This document shows positions 56,730-64,000 of a stretch of DNA of 64,000 bases, piece after piece. Origin of the DNA: an uncultured Caulobacterales bacterium (GTDB taxonomy: Bacteria > Pseudomonadota > Alphaproteobacteria > Caulobacterales > Caulobacteraceae); contig CAIOJR010000217.1 in assembly GCA_903858685.1 (NCBI GenBank), positions 2,707 to 66,706 of the forward strand, in the 5' to 3' direction. The notes beneath the pieces are model-generated. The model ran no database searches. It saw nothing but the letters and a program-made list of their open reading frames with translations, and was not told the origin of the DNA. How positions within the stretch are numbered: position 1 is the first letter of the stretch; each line of letters begins with the position of its first letter. A program made the position numbers and the translations under genes.

Positions 56730-57854
56730 TCAGACCGACAGGTCGGTCCAGCCGCGCTGCTCCCGGCTGGCCAGGACGCAGCGCTCAACAAAGGCCATGC
56801 TCCGAACACCAGCCTCGATATCGGGCAGGTCAGGCGCGTCCCCGTCACCCCGGACAACCGCGGCGAAGTCCCGATATATATTGGCAAAGGCCAAGATAAG
56901 GGGGGCAAACGGACCCGCGAGTCCCGGGGCGCGACGGGCCGTCTCCGCGATATGTCCGGCCTCTTGGACCACTGTCTCGACGCCGCCATCCAGGCGGCTG
57001 AGCAACAGCTGGTCCGGGGTCTTGACACTCCAGTCCAGCGCCCCCGTGTCCCCGTAGACCCGAAGCTGCAGCGTGTTCATCTCACCAACCGCAATCTGGG
57101 AGGCGATCAGCACCCCCCGAGCGCCATTGGCGAAGCGCAGCAGAACCGTCGCATCATCGTCCAGTCGGCGCCCGCCCACGACACTTCCCAGGTCCGCCAG
57201 CACCTGGGCGACCGGCTGACCCGAGACAAATTCCGCCAGGTTGAAGGCGTGGACGCCGATGTCGGCGATACATCCGCCTATCCCGGATTTTTCGGGGTCA
57301 ACGCGCCAGGCGGCCTGCTTGTTTCCGGCCGTCTCCACCGCCGCCGCCAGCCAGGCCTGGGAATATTCCACCACGACCTTGCGCACCTGGCCAATCGCTC
57401 CGGACGCCACAAGCCTGCGCGCCTCCCGGACCATCGGAAAACCGGTATAGGTAAAAGTCAGGGCATAGGGGCGCCCGGACCGGCGAACAGAGCGTGCAAG
57501 TTCCTCCGCTTCGGCCAGAGTGGCCGTGGCCGGCTTGTCGGAAATCACCGCCAGACCCGCCGCCAACGCCGCCTGCGCCGCCGACAGGTGCAGATGGTTG
57601 GGAGTGGCGATCGCCACCAGCTCAATCCCGTCCGGTCGCCCGACTTCCGCGGCCAGCATGGACTCAACCCCGCCATAGGCGCGCGCAGGGTCGACGCCAT
57701 AGCTTTGAGCCGATTGCGCGGATCGCTCAGGATCGCTGCTGAACGTCCCCGCCACCAGGGCGATCTGGCCATCCAGCTCCGCCGCGATGCGGTGCACTGG
57801 TCCGATAAGAGACCCCTTGCCGCCCCCGATCATTCCCAGTCTCAGACGGCGCAT
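56730..57854 (-). CDS. Gfo/Idh/MocA-family NAD(P)-dependent oxidoreductase
   Basis: 374 aa with an N-terminal Rossmann motif LRLGMIGGGKGSLIG and an EKP-like context in VISDKPATATLAEAEEL. Confidence 0.85.
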   Translation of the reverse strand: MRRLRLGMIGGGKGSLIGPVHRIAAELDGQIALVAGTFSSDPERSAQSAQSYGVDPARAYGGVESMLAAEVGRPDGIELVAIATPNHLHLSAAQAALAAGLAVISDKPATATLAEAEELARSVRRSGRPYALTFTYTGFPMVREARRLVASGAIGQVRKVVVEYSQAWLAAAVETAGNKQAAWRVDPEKSGIGGCIADIGVHAFNLAEFVSGQPVAQVLADLGSVVGGRRLDDDATVLLRFANGARGVLIASQIAVGEMNTLQLRVYGDTGALDWSVKTPDQLLLSRLDGGVETVVQEAGHIAETARRAPGLAGPFAPLILAFANIYRDFAAVVRGDGDAPDLPDIEAGVRSMAFVERCVLASREQRGWTDLSV

Positions 57855-58043
57855 GGCTTCAAATCCTGTTTATCGACCGGGTCCAGGGTCTGACTCAGGA
57901 TTAGGATGAGGATCAAAAACCTCAACCCCAAAATCTCAATTCGGCGCGTGGGTCCGGCGGGCAATGTCGTCCATGTCCGACGGACGTCTCGTGCGCGGTC
58001 AGTTGGACTTGGACGCGGCCAAATCCACCAACCCAGTCGACTC

Positions 58044-59795
58044 TCAACAATTAAGCCAATCCATCAAGGCAGACAGCGCCAATTCTCGACTGGAGGACCG
58101 GGCCAGTCCGTGGTCCAGGGTCGGCTCAACCCTAATCATCAGGTTAGCGGCATGGCGCATGCGGGCGCCATGGGTTCCGAAATGAGCGTTCACCTCATCG
58201 AGTGATGAATCGTCCAGTCCCACCAGAAAGGCCGCCCGTCCGCCGCGGGCGAGAAACGCCTGCAAAATGGAACTTGGCGACCTGGACACCGAGGCCTGGC
58301 GCGCAACCCTCCATCGGCGCAGGCCCCTCGAAATGAGCGTCCGTAGCACGGCGTAAACATCAATCCTGCCTTGCAGCAGACGGCGCCATGCGCTGGGCGA
58401 CAGCGCCGCCGACCTATAGGCGAGGGTCGCCCGCCCCTGGTCCGTCCGGCCGAAGGTCAGCGCATCGCCTTTTCGCCATGTCAGTCTGGCGGGGCTGACG
58501 GCGAAGATGCCGCAGACCCGCTCATTTTCAGCTTCCAGAAGCACATGATAGGCGCCCGAGCAGACGCCGACCAGAAAGATTTCCTGGCTTCCTGCGCTTT
58601 TGAGCAGCGCGACAGCCGCCGCCAGATCGTCACGCCGGGGGGTCTCATAGACATGCGTCCGAAGATGCGGCGTCGGGGCGGGACTGTCGCCCAGTCCTGC
58701 GAAATCGAATCGCAGACAGGTGATCCCCTGGCTGGCGAGGCGACGCGACGCTGTCGTGGCGAACCCCCCGATGCCCGCGCGAGGCTCGCCTCCCGTATTG
58801 CAAAAAATCACTCCTCTGGCGCGGTCCGCCCCGTGATGTGGAACGGTCAGAATCCCTTGTAAGCTGGAGCCAAATGCTATGGGTCTTTCGAAATAGTCGT
58901 CACAGGCGAGCAAGGGTTCTGGTTGGGCCAGACCGGTCGAAGGGGTGTCGTCGGGCCGCGGTTGCCGCGTTTCGGCGCCAAATCTATCGGCCATCCAGTC
59001 ACAGACGCGGTCAAAGAGTGACTGAGGAACCTGGTTGCTGTGGGTGTCGAGAAACAGCGCCTCAAGGCCTGCAAAATCGCTGACCGTCGCGTCAACGCCG
59101 CCATCGACCAGGGAAGCGGCGAACCTTTCCGACAACAGGTTGTGAGTGGCCATCAGAACCGGTGCGCCGGGAAGGGCGAGGTCCTTCAGATTCATCCTGG
59201 ACAGGCTGTCAGCGGTCGCCTTGTTCAGGAGGACGCCGTCGATATCCAGCGCCATCGCCGATGTCTGCGGCGCCTCGCGTCCCGCCTGCATCGAAAACTG
59301 TTGCTGTCTGAGCCAGGATCGTCCGCTCAGCACGGGCGCCAGCAATATGAGTCCGTCTGCCTGGGTCGCCTGGGCGTAGGCCAAGGTCGCGCCCAGGCGA
59401 ACTCCAGCCAGCACGACACGTCGAACATGGGTCATCCGGCGGAGATGGTCGATCGCCCGCTCGATATCTTCAAGCCATGTTTGCACCGCGTCGGTGTCAT
59501 CCGCATCCGGCAATGGCAGGGAATCCCCCTCGCCCCGGTGGTCGTATCGCAGCGTGGGAAATCCGTGCGCGGCGAGTTGATCGGCCAGAATCCGCATCGG
59601 CGCGTGGACGCAGCGCTCGTCACGTCCGATCGGCGACACAATCACGACGCCTGTATCCAGACTCGCACTCTGGGCATTGTGCAGCCAGCCAAACAGCCCG
59701 GCAAAGGTCGCAGGCTGCATGCCTTCGGCTGCGGGAGTCTGAACGCTCAAGGTTTCGACCTGCTTTGGCGCAATATGTATAACAACCTGGTTCAC
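58044..59795 (-). CDS. Fused double alpha/beta-hydrolase-fold protein (resembles the exosortase-A-associated hydrolase 2 + hydrolase 1 pair)
   Basis: 583 aa in two halves, each with the pattern (V/I)xxxP/NxG...RxDxxGxGDS: TLRYDHRGEGDS and CLRFDFAGLGDS. The elbow of half 1 is VLAGVRLGATLA, with Arg at the nucleophile position. The elbow of half 2 is FLVGVCSGAYHV, with Cys. A late His occurs in PTLDHGL. Confidence 0.6.
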   Translation of the reverse strand: MNQVVIHIAPKQVETLSVQTPAAEGMQPATFAGLFGWLHNAQSASLDTGVVIVSPIGRDERCVHAPMRILADQLAAHGFPTLRYDHRGEGDSLPLPDADDTDAVQTWLEDIERAIDHLRRMTHVRRVVLAGVRLGATLAYAQATQADGLILLAPVLSGRSWLRQQQFSMQAGREAPQTSAMALDIDGVLLNKATADSLSRMNLKDLALPGAPVLMATHNLLSERFAASLVDGGVDATVSDFAGLEALFLDTHSNQVPQSLFDRVCDWMADRFGAETRQPRPDDTPSTGLAQPEPLLACDDYFERPIAFGSSLQGILTVPHHGADRARGVIFCNTGGEPRAGIGGFATTASRRLASQGITCLRFDFAGLGDSPAPTPHLRTHVYETPRRDDLAAAVALLKSAGSQEIFLVGVCSGAYHVLLEAENERVCGIFAVSPARLTWRKGDALTFGRTDQGRATLAYRSAALSPSAWRRLLQGRIDVYAVLRTLISRGLRRWRVARQASVSRSPSSILQAFLARGGRAAFLVGLDDSSLDEVNAHFGTHGARMRHAANLMIRVEPTLDHGLARSSSRELALSALMDWLNC

Positions 59796-59958
59796 ATACT
59801 GTGCAATGCAAACATTGTGCCGATCAGTTTATCTTCCCGTGATCAAAGCCTCCCATTTTTGAACTGAAACGGCTTACACACCCATTGGGATCAAGCATAT
59901 ATTAGCCGTGCGCAGTCATGGATAGTGGCTTCATTCCAGGGTTTAGATCGAATTGCTC

Positions 59959-60219
59959 ATGTCCACCTTCGCCGTCATTGAACGTCAAATTCAGATCATC
60001 GCCAAAGTGCAGGGCAAGCACATCGCCCCCCTGACCGGCGGCCTTGTGCTGCTGGACAGCGGCCTCGATTCCATGAGCCTGGCCATTCTGGTGGGCAGAC
60101 TTGAAGACGAGCTGGGCGTCGACCCGTTTGCGGAGGCTGACGATCAGGCTTTTCCGACGACGCTGGGAGACCTGGTCACCTTTTATGACCGGGCGATCGA
60201 AGCCCGAAACCAGCCATAG
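59959..60219 (+). CDS. Acyl/aminoacyl carrier protein (phosphopantetheine-binding)
   Basis: From ORF 59953..60219; I prefer the ATG at 59959. LLDSGLDSMSLAILVGRLEDELGV contains a canonical DS(L/M) attachment serine in a helix-II context. GC3 is high. The antisense 158-aa ORF was rejected. Confidence 0.7.
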   Translation: MSTFAVIERQIQIIAKVQGKHIAPLTGGLVLLDSGLDSMSLAILVGRLEDELGVDPFAEADDQAFPTTLGDLVTFYDRAIEARNQP

Positions 60220-60230
60220 GCCCGCATGGG

Positions 60231-61154
60231 CTAAAGGCCGAGCAGAGTCAGAACGGGCTGCGGCCAGGCTGACAGATCCAGGCCGTGGTGCGCGAACATG
60301 GCGATGGTCATGCGATCCATGCCGAAGCCGACACAACCGGTATGGGCCGGTCCGCCACGCGCAAGATGGATGTCCCAAGCCTCCCCAAAATGGCTCTTGT
60401 GATAATTGAAGCTCATGCAGGCCGTGGGTTTATCGTGTGACAGGATCGGAATCAGCAGCTCAAATTTCAATTTCTGTTCGCGCTGTCCAGCGGCCAGAAA
60501 CTGACCGCCCGCCCCGAAAAACGGATCGTTGGCGACGTCGACACTGTAGGGGAGCTGCAACTGCTCTGCCATGGACTGAGCCTTGACGATCCAGTCATCG
60601 CGAAACCGACAAACCGTTTCAGGAGAACCAATGCAGACATATTCCCGCTGGCGGAAAGACTGCATCCGGTCGATGTCGCGAGAGGGCTCACGCCGAAAAC
60701 ACTCGCAACCGACATCAAATATCCAACCCTGATCCGGCGCTGCGCCCTTGGCGGCGGCGATGGGATAGACCGGGTAACAGCTGGCGGGAGTAAGGACGAG
60801 ATCGGCGACCCCCAGTCCCTCAGTCCAGGGCTCGCCTTCATATATCCGGTTTGCGGTGCGCCTGATCTCCGCGGGCGATCCCGCCAGACAGCACATGAAT
60901 CCCACAAGATTGGGAAAACTCTGCAAATAGCCAGACTTTTCAATGTCGCTGCGGCTCATGACCGGCGGGAAACGATAGACCTCGGCAGCCTCGGGTCGGA
61001 ATGTGGAGATGAAGTCCGTCAGCCCATCCAGAACCCGTTCATAAAGCCCGGTCCGGGCGCGCACGCCGTCTGCGCCCATGGGGCGGAACAAGACCTGTTC
61101 CAGATTTGCCAAGCGCTCATCATTCGACACTTGAGAACCAACGAACCCACTCAT
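60231..61154 (-). CDS. Amino acid--[carrier protein] ligase (truncated class II, SerRS-like aaRS homologue)
   Basis: 307 aa, a catalytic core without a tRNA-binding arm. Class II motif 2 is GCECFRREPSRDIDRMQSFRQREYV and motif 3 is GCVGFGMDRMTIAMF. Candidate Zn ligands are Cys in PASCYPVY, Glu in CFRRE and Cys in HTGCVGFG, as I recall for methanogen-type SerRS and aa:CP ligases. Confidence 0.75.
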   Translation of the reverse strand: MSGFVGSQVSNDERLANLEQVLFRPMGADGVRARTGLYERVLDGLTDFISTFRPEAAEVYRFPPVMSRSDIEKSGYLQSFPNLVGFMCCLAGSPAEIRRTANRIYEGEPWTEGLGVADLVLTPASCYPVYPIAAAKGAAPDQGWIFDVGCECFRREPSRDIDRMQSFRQREYVCIGSPETVCRFRDDWIVKAQSMAEQLQLPYSVDVANDPFFGAGGQFLAAGQREQKLKFELLIPILSHDKPTACMSFNYHKSHFGEAWDIHLARGGPAHTGCVGFGMDRMTIAMFAHHGLDLSAWPQPVLTLLGL

Positions 61155-61217
61155 ATTCGCTCCTATCGGCGATTCATGGCGTGACGACGCCTATGCCGAA
61201 TATCGACGCCACAAGAT

Positions 61218-61925
61218 CTAGGCGTCATCAGCAAACAACTTGTCCGCAGCAGAATAGCTGCTGGGCAGGCCGATATCGATGAAGGCGCCTTCAAACTCCA
61301 GTCCCGCCAGCCCGCCCGTGCGACATGCGTGAGGCAGGATGTCAGACTCCAGGGAACAGGAGGTCAGACCTGACGGCAGCCCCGCCTTATCTATGCGGTA
61401 GGCGCCGCCATTGATCAGACCCGCCTTTTTCTCGCCAGAACGGGCAACAATGCGACAGACGCGACGGTCGTCCAGCTCTACCGTTTCGTAGCGATCAGCC
61501 AGATCCAGTCGCTTCAGCCCGAGCACGATCGGGGCCAGATCGGCGTCAGCCAGGCTGCGCCAGTCGAAGTCGAACCAGGTGTCGCCATTGACGAGCAGGA
61601 AGGTCTGATCGAGCCGGTCCCGTGCAAAAAGCAGGGCGCCGCCTGTTCCCATCGGCTCAGGCTCGATCGAAAGGTCGATCTGAATTCCCAGGCGCTCAGC
61701 GATGGCGCTTTCCGCAAGCCAGTGCGCAACCACGTCAGCACGAAAACCGGCCAACAGGACGATGCGTGTCAACCCGCTCAGAGCCGCCTTTTTCAGAAGA
61801 TGGGCCAAGAAGGGCGCTCGGCCGATCGGCAGCATCGGCTTGGGCGTCTCGCGCGTCAGGTCTCCCAGGCGGCTTCCAGCCCCCCCGATGAGGATCGCAC
61901 ATTGGGTGACGGGACCCGGCGTCAC
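61218..61925 (-). CDS. Sugar-1-phosphate nucleotidyltransferase (HddC/GmhD-like)
   Basis: 235 aa with a GTG start that overlaps the upstream stop as GTGA. The N-terminal signature is AILIGGAGSRLGDLTRETPKPMLPIG. Confidence 0.8.
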   Translation of the reverse strand: MTPGPVTQCAILIGGAGSRLGDLTRETPKPMLPIGRAPFLAHLLKKAALSGLTRIVLLAGFRADVVAHWLAESAIAERLGIQIDLSIEPEPMGTGGALLFARDRLDQTFLLVNGDTWFDFDWRSLADADLAPIVLGLKRLDLADRYETVELDDRRVCRIVARSGEKKAGLINGGAYRIDKAGLPSGLTSCSLESDILPHACRTGGLAGLEFEGAFIDIGLPSSYSAADKLFADDA

Positions 61926-62995
61926 CGGGGCACCGTCCAGGCTTCCGCGCCGTCAAATGTGAACTTCACAGAGCTGGCCTGCCCGCCCGCCCGGTTCAGG
62001 GTCGTGATCAGATTGTAACGGTTCTCCGGATCCGTGCAGAACATGAGAAATCCCCCACCGCCCGCGCCCGAGATCTTCCCGCCATAGGCGCCATGGGCCA
62101 TCGCCTGCTCGAAGAGCGCCTCGACCGCAGAGGTGGAGACGCCCTTCGCGGTGCGACGCTTGGCCTCCCAGGATCGCATGAGAATCTCGCCGATTTGTCG
62201 GATATCGCCATCCAGCATGGCCCGACGCATGGATGCCGCGTCCGCCTTCAGCCGATGCATGTTGTCGATCGTCTCGGCGTTCAAGGTTCGCAGACCGTCA
62301 ATCTGCTCCTGAATGATCACGTCCGAGCGGCGCGACTGACCGGAAAAACAGATGACAATCGAGGCTTCGAGTTCGTTCAGATGCGCCCGCGGGAACCTCA
62401 GCGGGCTGACGAGAACGCGCTCATCAGCAAGAAATTCCAGAAAATTGATCCCGCCGAACGCGGCGGCGTAGTGATCCTGTCGACCGCCCGCCAGACCGAT
62501 CTCTATCCGTTCAATGTCGAACGCCGTGCGGGCGACCTCATGGGGCCCGAGCGGCAGATCAAGCGCATGGCGAAAGGCTTCCACCAGCGCCACCACCAGG
62601 GCTGATGACGATCCCAGCCCCGAACCGGCCGGCGCGTCGATTGTGGAGGTGACCGTCAGCGCCTGGGGTTGGCCATCCAGATAGTGCTTCACCATGTGGC
62701 TGTAGACCGCCTTGTGCAGCACCAGACCGCCGTCCAGCGGCAAGGCCTCGCCAAGCTGATAGGTCTCTTCCGCGCCCAGATCACTGGCCCGGAAAGTTGT
62801 GGTCCCCTCTCGGGTGGACGACACATGTGCAAAGGCGAACCGATCAATGGTGGCGTTCAGCACCGCCCCGCCGAACTGATCGCAATAGGGCGACAGGTCC
62901 GTTCCGCCGCCTGCAAGCCCCAGACGCAAGGGCGCGCGCGCTCGAACATCGAACTGCCGCTCCCGCCCGGTCTTGGCCATGATGAGACGTCCCAT
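61922..62995 (-). CDS. GHMP-family sugar kinase (HddA-like)
   Basis: From ORF 61922..63034. The start is uncertain: ATG 62995 or 62980 both avoid overlap with the PAP2 gene. Motifs are RAPLRLGLAGGGTDL, PAGSGLGSSSALVVALV and GGKISGAGGGGFLMF. Confidence 0.8.
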   Translation of the reverse strand: MGRLIMAKTGRERQFDVRARAPLRLGLAGGGTDLSPYCDQFGGAVLNATIDRFAFAHVSSTREGTTTFRASDLGAEETYQLGEALPLDGGLVLHKAVYSHMVKHYLDGQPQALTVTSTIDAPAGSGLGSSSALVVALVEAFRHALDLPLGPHEVARTAFDIERIEIGLAGGRQDHYAAAFGGINFLEFLADERVLVSPLRFPRAHLNELEASIVICFSGQSRRSDVIIQEQIDGLRTLNAETIDNMHRLKADAASMRRAMLDGDIRQIGEILMRSWEAKRRTAKGVSTSAVEALFEQAMAHGAYGGKISGAGGGGFLMFCTDPENRYNLITTLNRAGGQASSVKFTFDGAEAWTVPR

Positions 62996-62999
62996 TTCC

Positions 63000-63569
63000 C
63001 TAGATGACCGTCGCGCCCGACAGCCGAACCCCAAACAGCAACGGCGCCAGCGAAGCCACCGTCAGTCCCACCATCAATTCGATCGCGGGCGCCTGAAAAC
63101 TATTCGCCGGCCCTCTCACCGTCGCGACCATCAGGCCAAGCGGGACGGACGCCACCGCCAGACCCGCCGCCACATCGGCCATGGTGTGATGATGAAGCGT
63201 CACCCGCGTCACCGCCACGGCGGCCACGACGCCCAGGCAGCCCAGCGCGCCGAGCCTGTTGGCGAGCGTCGATCCGGTGCGGACGAAAAGCCACGCCGAA
63301 AACCCGAAAACGAAGGTCGCCATGGCCGCATGTCCGCTTGGCGCACCGCGCGTCAGCATCCATTGCCGGGCCAGCCAGGGCTCAGGCGAGCCGGACGCCG
63401 CGACCGCTTTCAACACCGCGACAAAAATCGCCAGCAGGGTCAGGCATAGCAGGGTCGCCAGACCGATCACAGGCCTTAGCCGGGTGGCGCACCACACCGC
63501 CACGAACAGACCCGCAGAACCGACGATGGCCAGGTCGCCCAGGTCCGTCACCATGGCCGCAAGCTTCAT
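63000..63569 (-). CDS. PAP2-family membrane phosphatase
   Basis: 189 aa with about 6 TM segments. PAP2 motifs are PSGHAAMA and TRVTLHHHTMADV. The ATG overlaps the upstream stop as ATGA. Confidence 0.8.
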   Translation of the reverse strand: MKLAAMVTDLGDLAIVGSAGLFVAVWCATRLRPVIGLATLLCLTLLAIFVAVLKAVAASGSPEPWLARQWMLTRGAPSGHAAMATFVFGFSAWLFVRTGSTLANRLGALGCLGVVAAVAVTRVTLHHHTMADVAAGLAVASVPLGLMVATVRGPANSFQAPAIELMVGLTVASLAPLLFGVRLSGATVI

Positions 63570-64000
63570 GCCGACTGACCCAGTAATTGCACGCCGCCGC
63601 GCGCGATCTCATAATGCAGTCGGGGCATGTTCTGGGACGCCATATAGGCCTCCAGTTCCTCACCCGGCCCAGGGGTGAACAACATCAGAAACCCCCCGCC
63701 GCCCGCGCCGATGATCTTGCCGCCCGTCACCCCGTGGGCGCTTCGGACGTGATCATACAACAGGTCAATCGCAGGCCAGCTGATCTTCTGGGACATGCGC
63801 TTCTTGCTCAGCCAGTGCTCGTGCAGCATCTGGCCCCACCCTTCCAGGTCGCCTCGCACCCAGGCGTCACGGATTCTGAAGCCCAGGTCCTTGATGGCGT
63901 CCAGGCTATCGCCAACAGTGGCCTGCCGGTCCTGGCTGGCGCCCTTCATCGCCGAGTTCTGATCGTCCAATATGCCCGACGCGTCCCGGCGCAGTCCGGT
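63566..64000 (-). CDS. Second GHMP-family sugar kinase; N-terminal part lies beyond the window end
   Basis: The frame stays open past ORF-track start 63970 up to base 64000 (..TGLRRDASGILDDQNSAMKG..). The C-terminal GHMP motif is GGKIIGAGGGGFLMLFT. Confidence 0.75.
   Translation of the reverse strand, partial: TGLRRDASGILDDQNSAMKGASQDRQATVGDSLDAIKDLGFRIRDAWVRGDLEGWGQMLHEHWLSKKRMSQKISWPAIDLLYDHVRSAHGVTGGKIIGAGGGGFLMLFTPGPGEELEAYMASQNMPRLHYEIARGGVQLLGQSA

Noticed and set aside
59902-60378. 158-aa minus-strand ORF covering the carrier-protein gene
   Set aside because: Its translation has no recognisable fold and overlaps the 3' end of the ligase gene. The plus-strand frame gives a canonical phosphopantetheine attachment motif with high GC3.
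1-64000. Search by eye for rRNA or tRNA genes, integrases, prophage or defence-system genes, and PhoB (CTGTCAT-type) or CtrA (TTAA-N7-TTAA) boxes
   Set aside because: I recognised none. A visual scan of 64 kb is not exhaustive. tRNAscan, Infernal/Rfam, DefenseFinder/PADLOC and PWM scans would be needed to exclude them.

Overview
Visibly GC-rich chromosomal segment (GC not computed). The gene content looks alphaproteobacterial: many TonB-dependent receptors, an ECF sigma/FecR pair, and GTGA/ATGA start-stop overlaps. I support about 47 protein-coding genes, 2 decayed gene remnants, one in-gene tandem repeat, a few hairpin terminators and several candidate operators. I saw no rRNA, tRNA, CRISPR array or intact mobile element. 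The window falls into six blocks. (1) 1-11.4 kb, signalling and surface: a TPR histidine kinase (cut by the window edge), an S8 protease autotransporter, an LprI-like protein, a PAS-GGDEF-EAL protein and a GAF-PAS hybrid kinase. (2) 12.7-27.8 kb, outer-membrane uptake: ECF sigma, FecR, an STN-type TonB transducer, a periplasmic PHP hydrolase, a tandem-duplicated TetR, two more TonB receptors and a PI-PLC-like phosphodiesterase. (3) 28.5-35.1 kb, phosphorus-related: LysR plus an overlapping 4-gene operon (PhnZ-like HD oxygenase, membrane protein, NPP phosphodiesterase, alpha/beta-hydrolase-like protein), followed by PPK2. (4) 35.7-44.7 kb, miscellaneous metabolism, including OvoA (ovothiol) and a chimeric GST pseudogene. 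(5) 44.8-57.9 kb, a glycoside-utilisation locus (GH3, GH95-like, GPH symporter, TetR, two PhyH dioxygenases, oxidoreductases) whose two divergent promoter regions share a bipartite AT-rich motif. (6) 58.0-64.0 kb, my best candidate for an undescribed system: an aminoacyl-tRNA-synthetase-like amino acid:carrier-protein ligase, its carrier protein and a fused double alpha/beta hydrolase, joined to an operon of two GHMP sugar kinases, a PAP2 phosphatase and a sugar-1-P nucleotidyltransferase. All family assignments come from reading the translations and recalling motifs. No database search was run. Start codons are the least certain coordinates.
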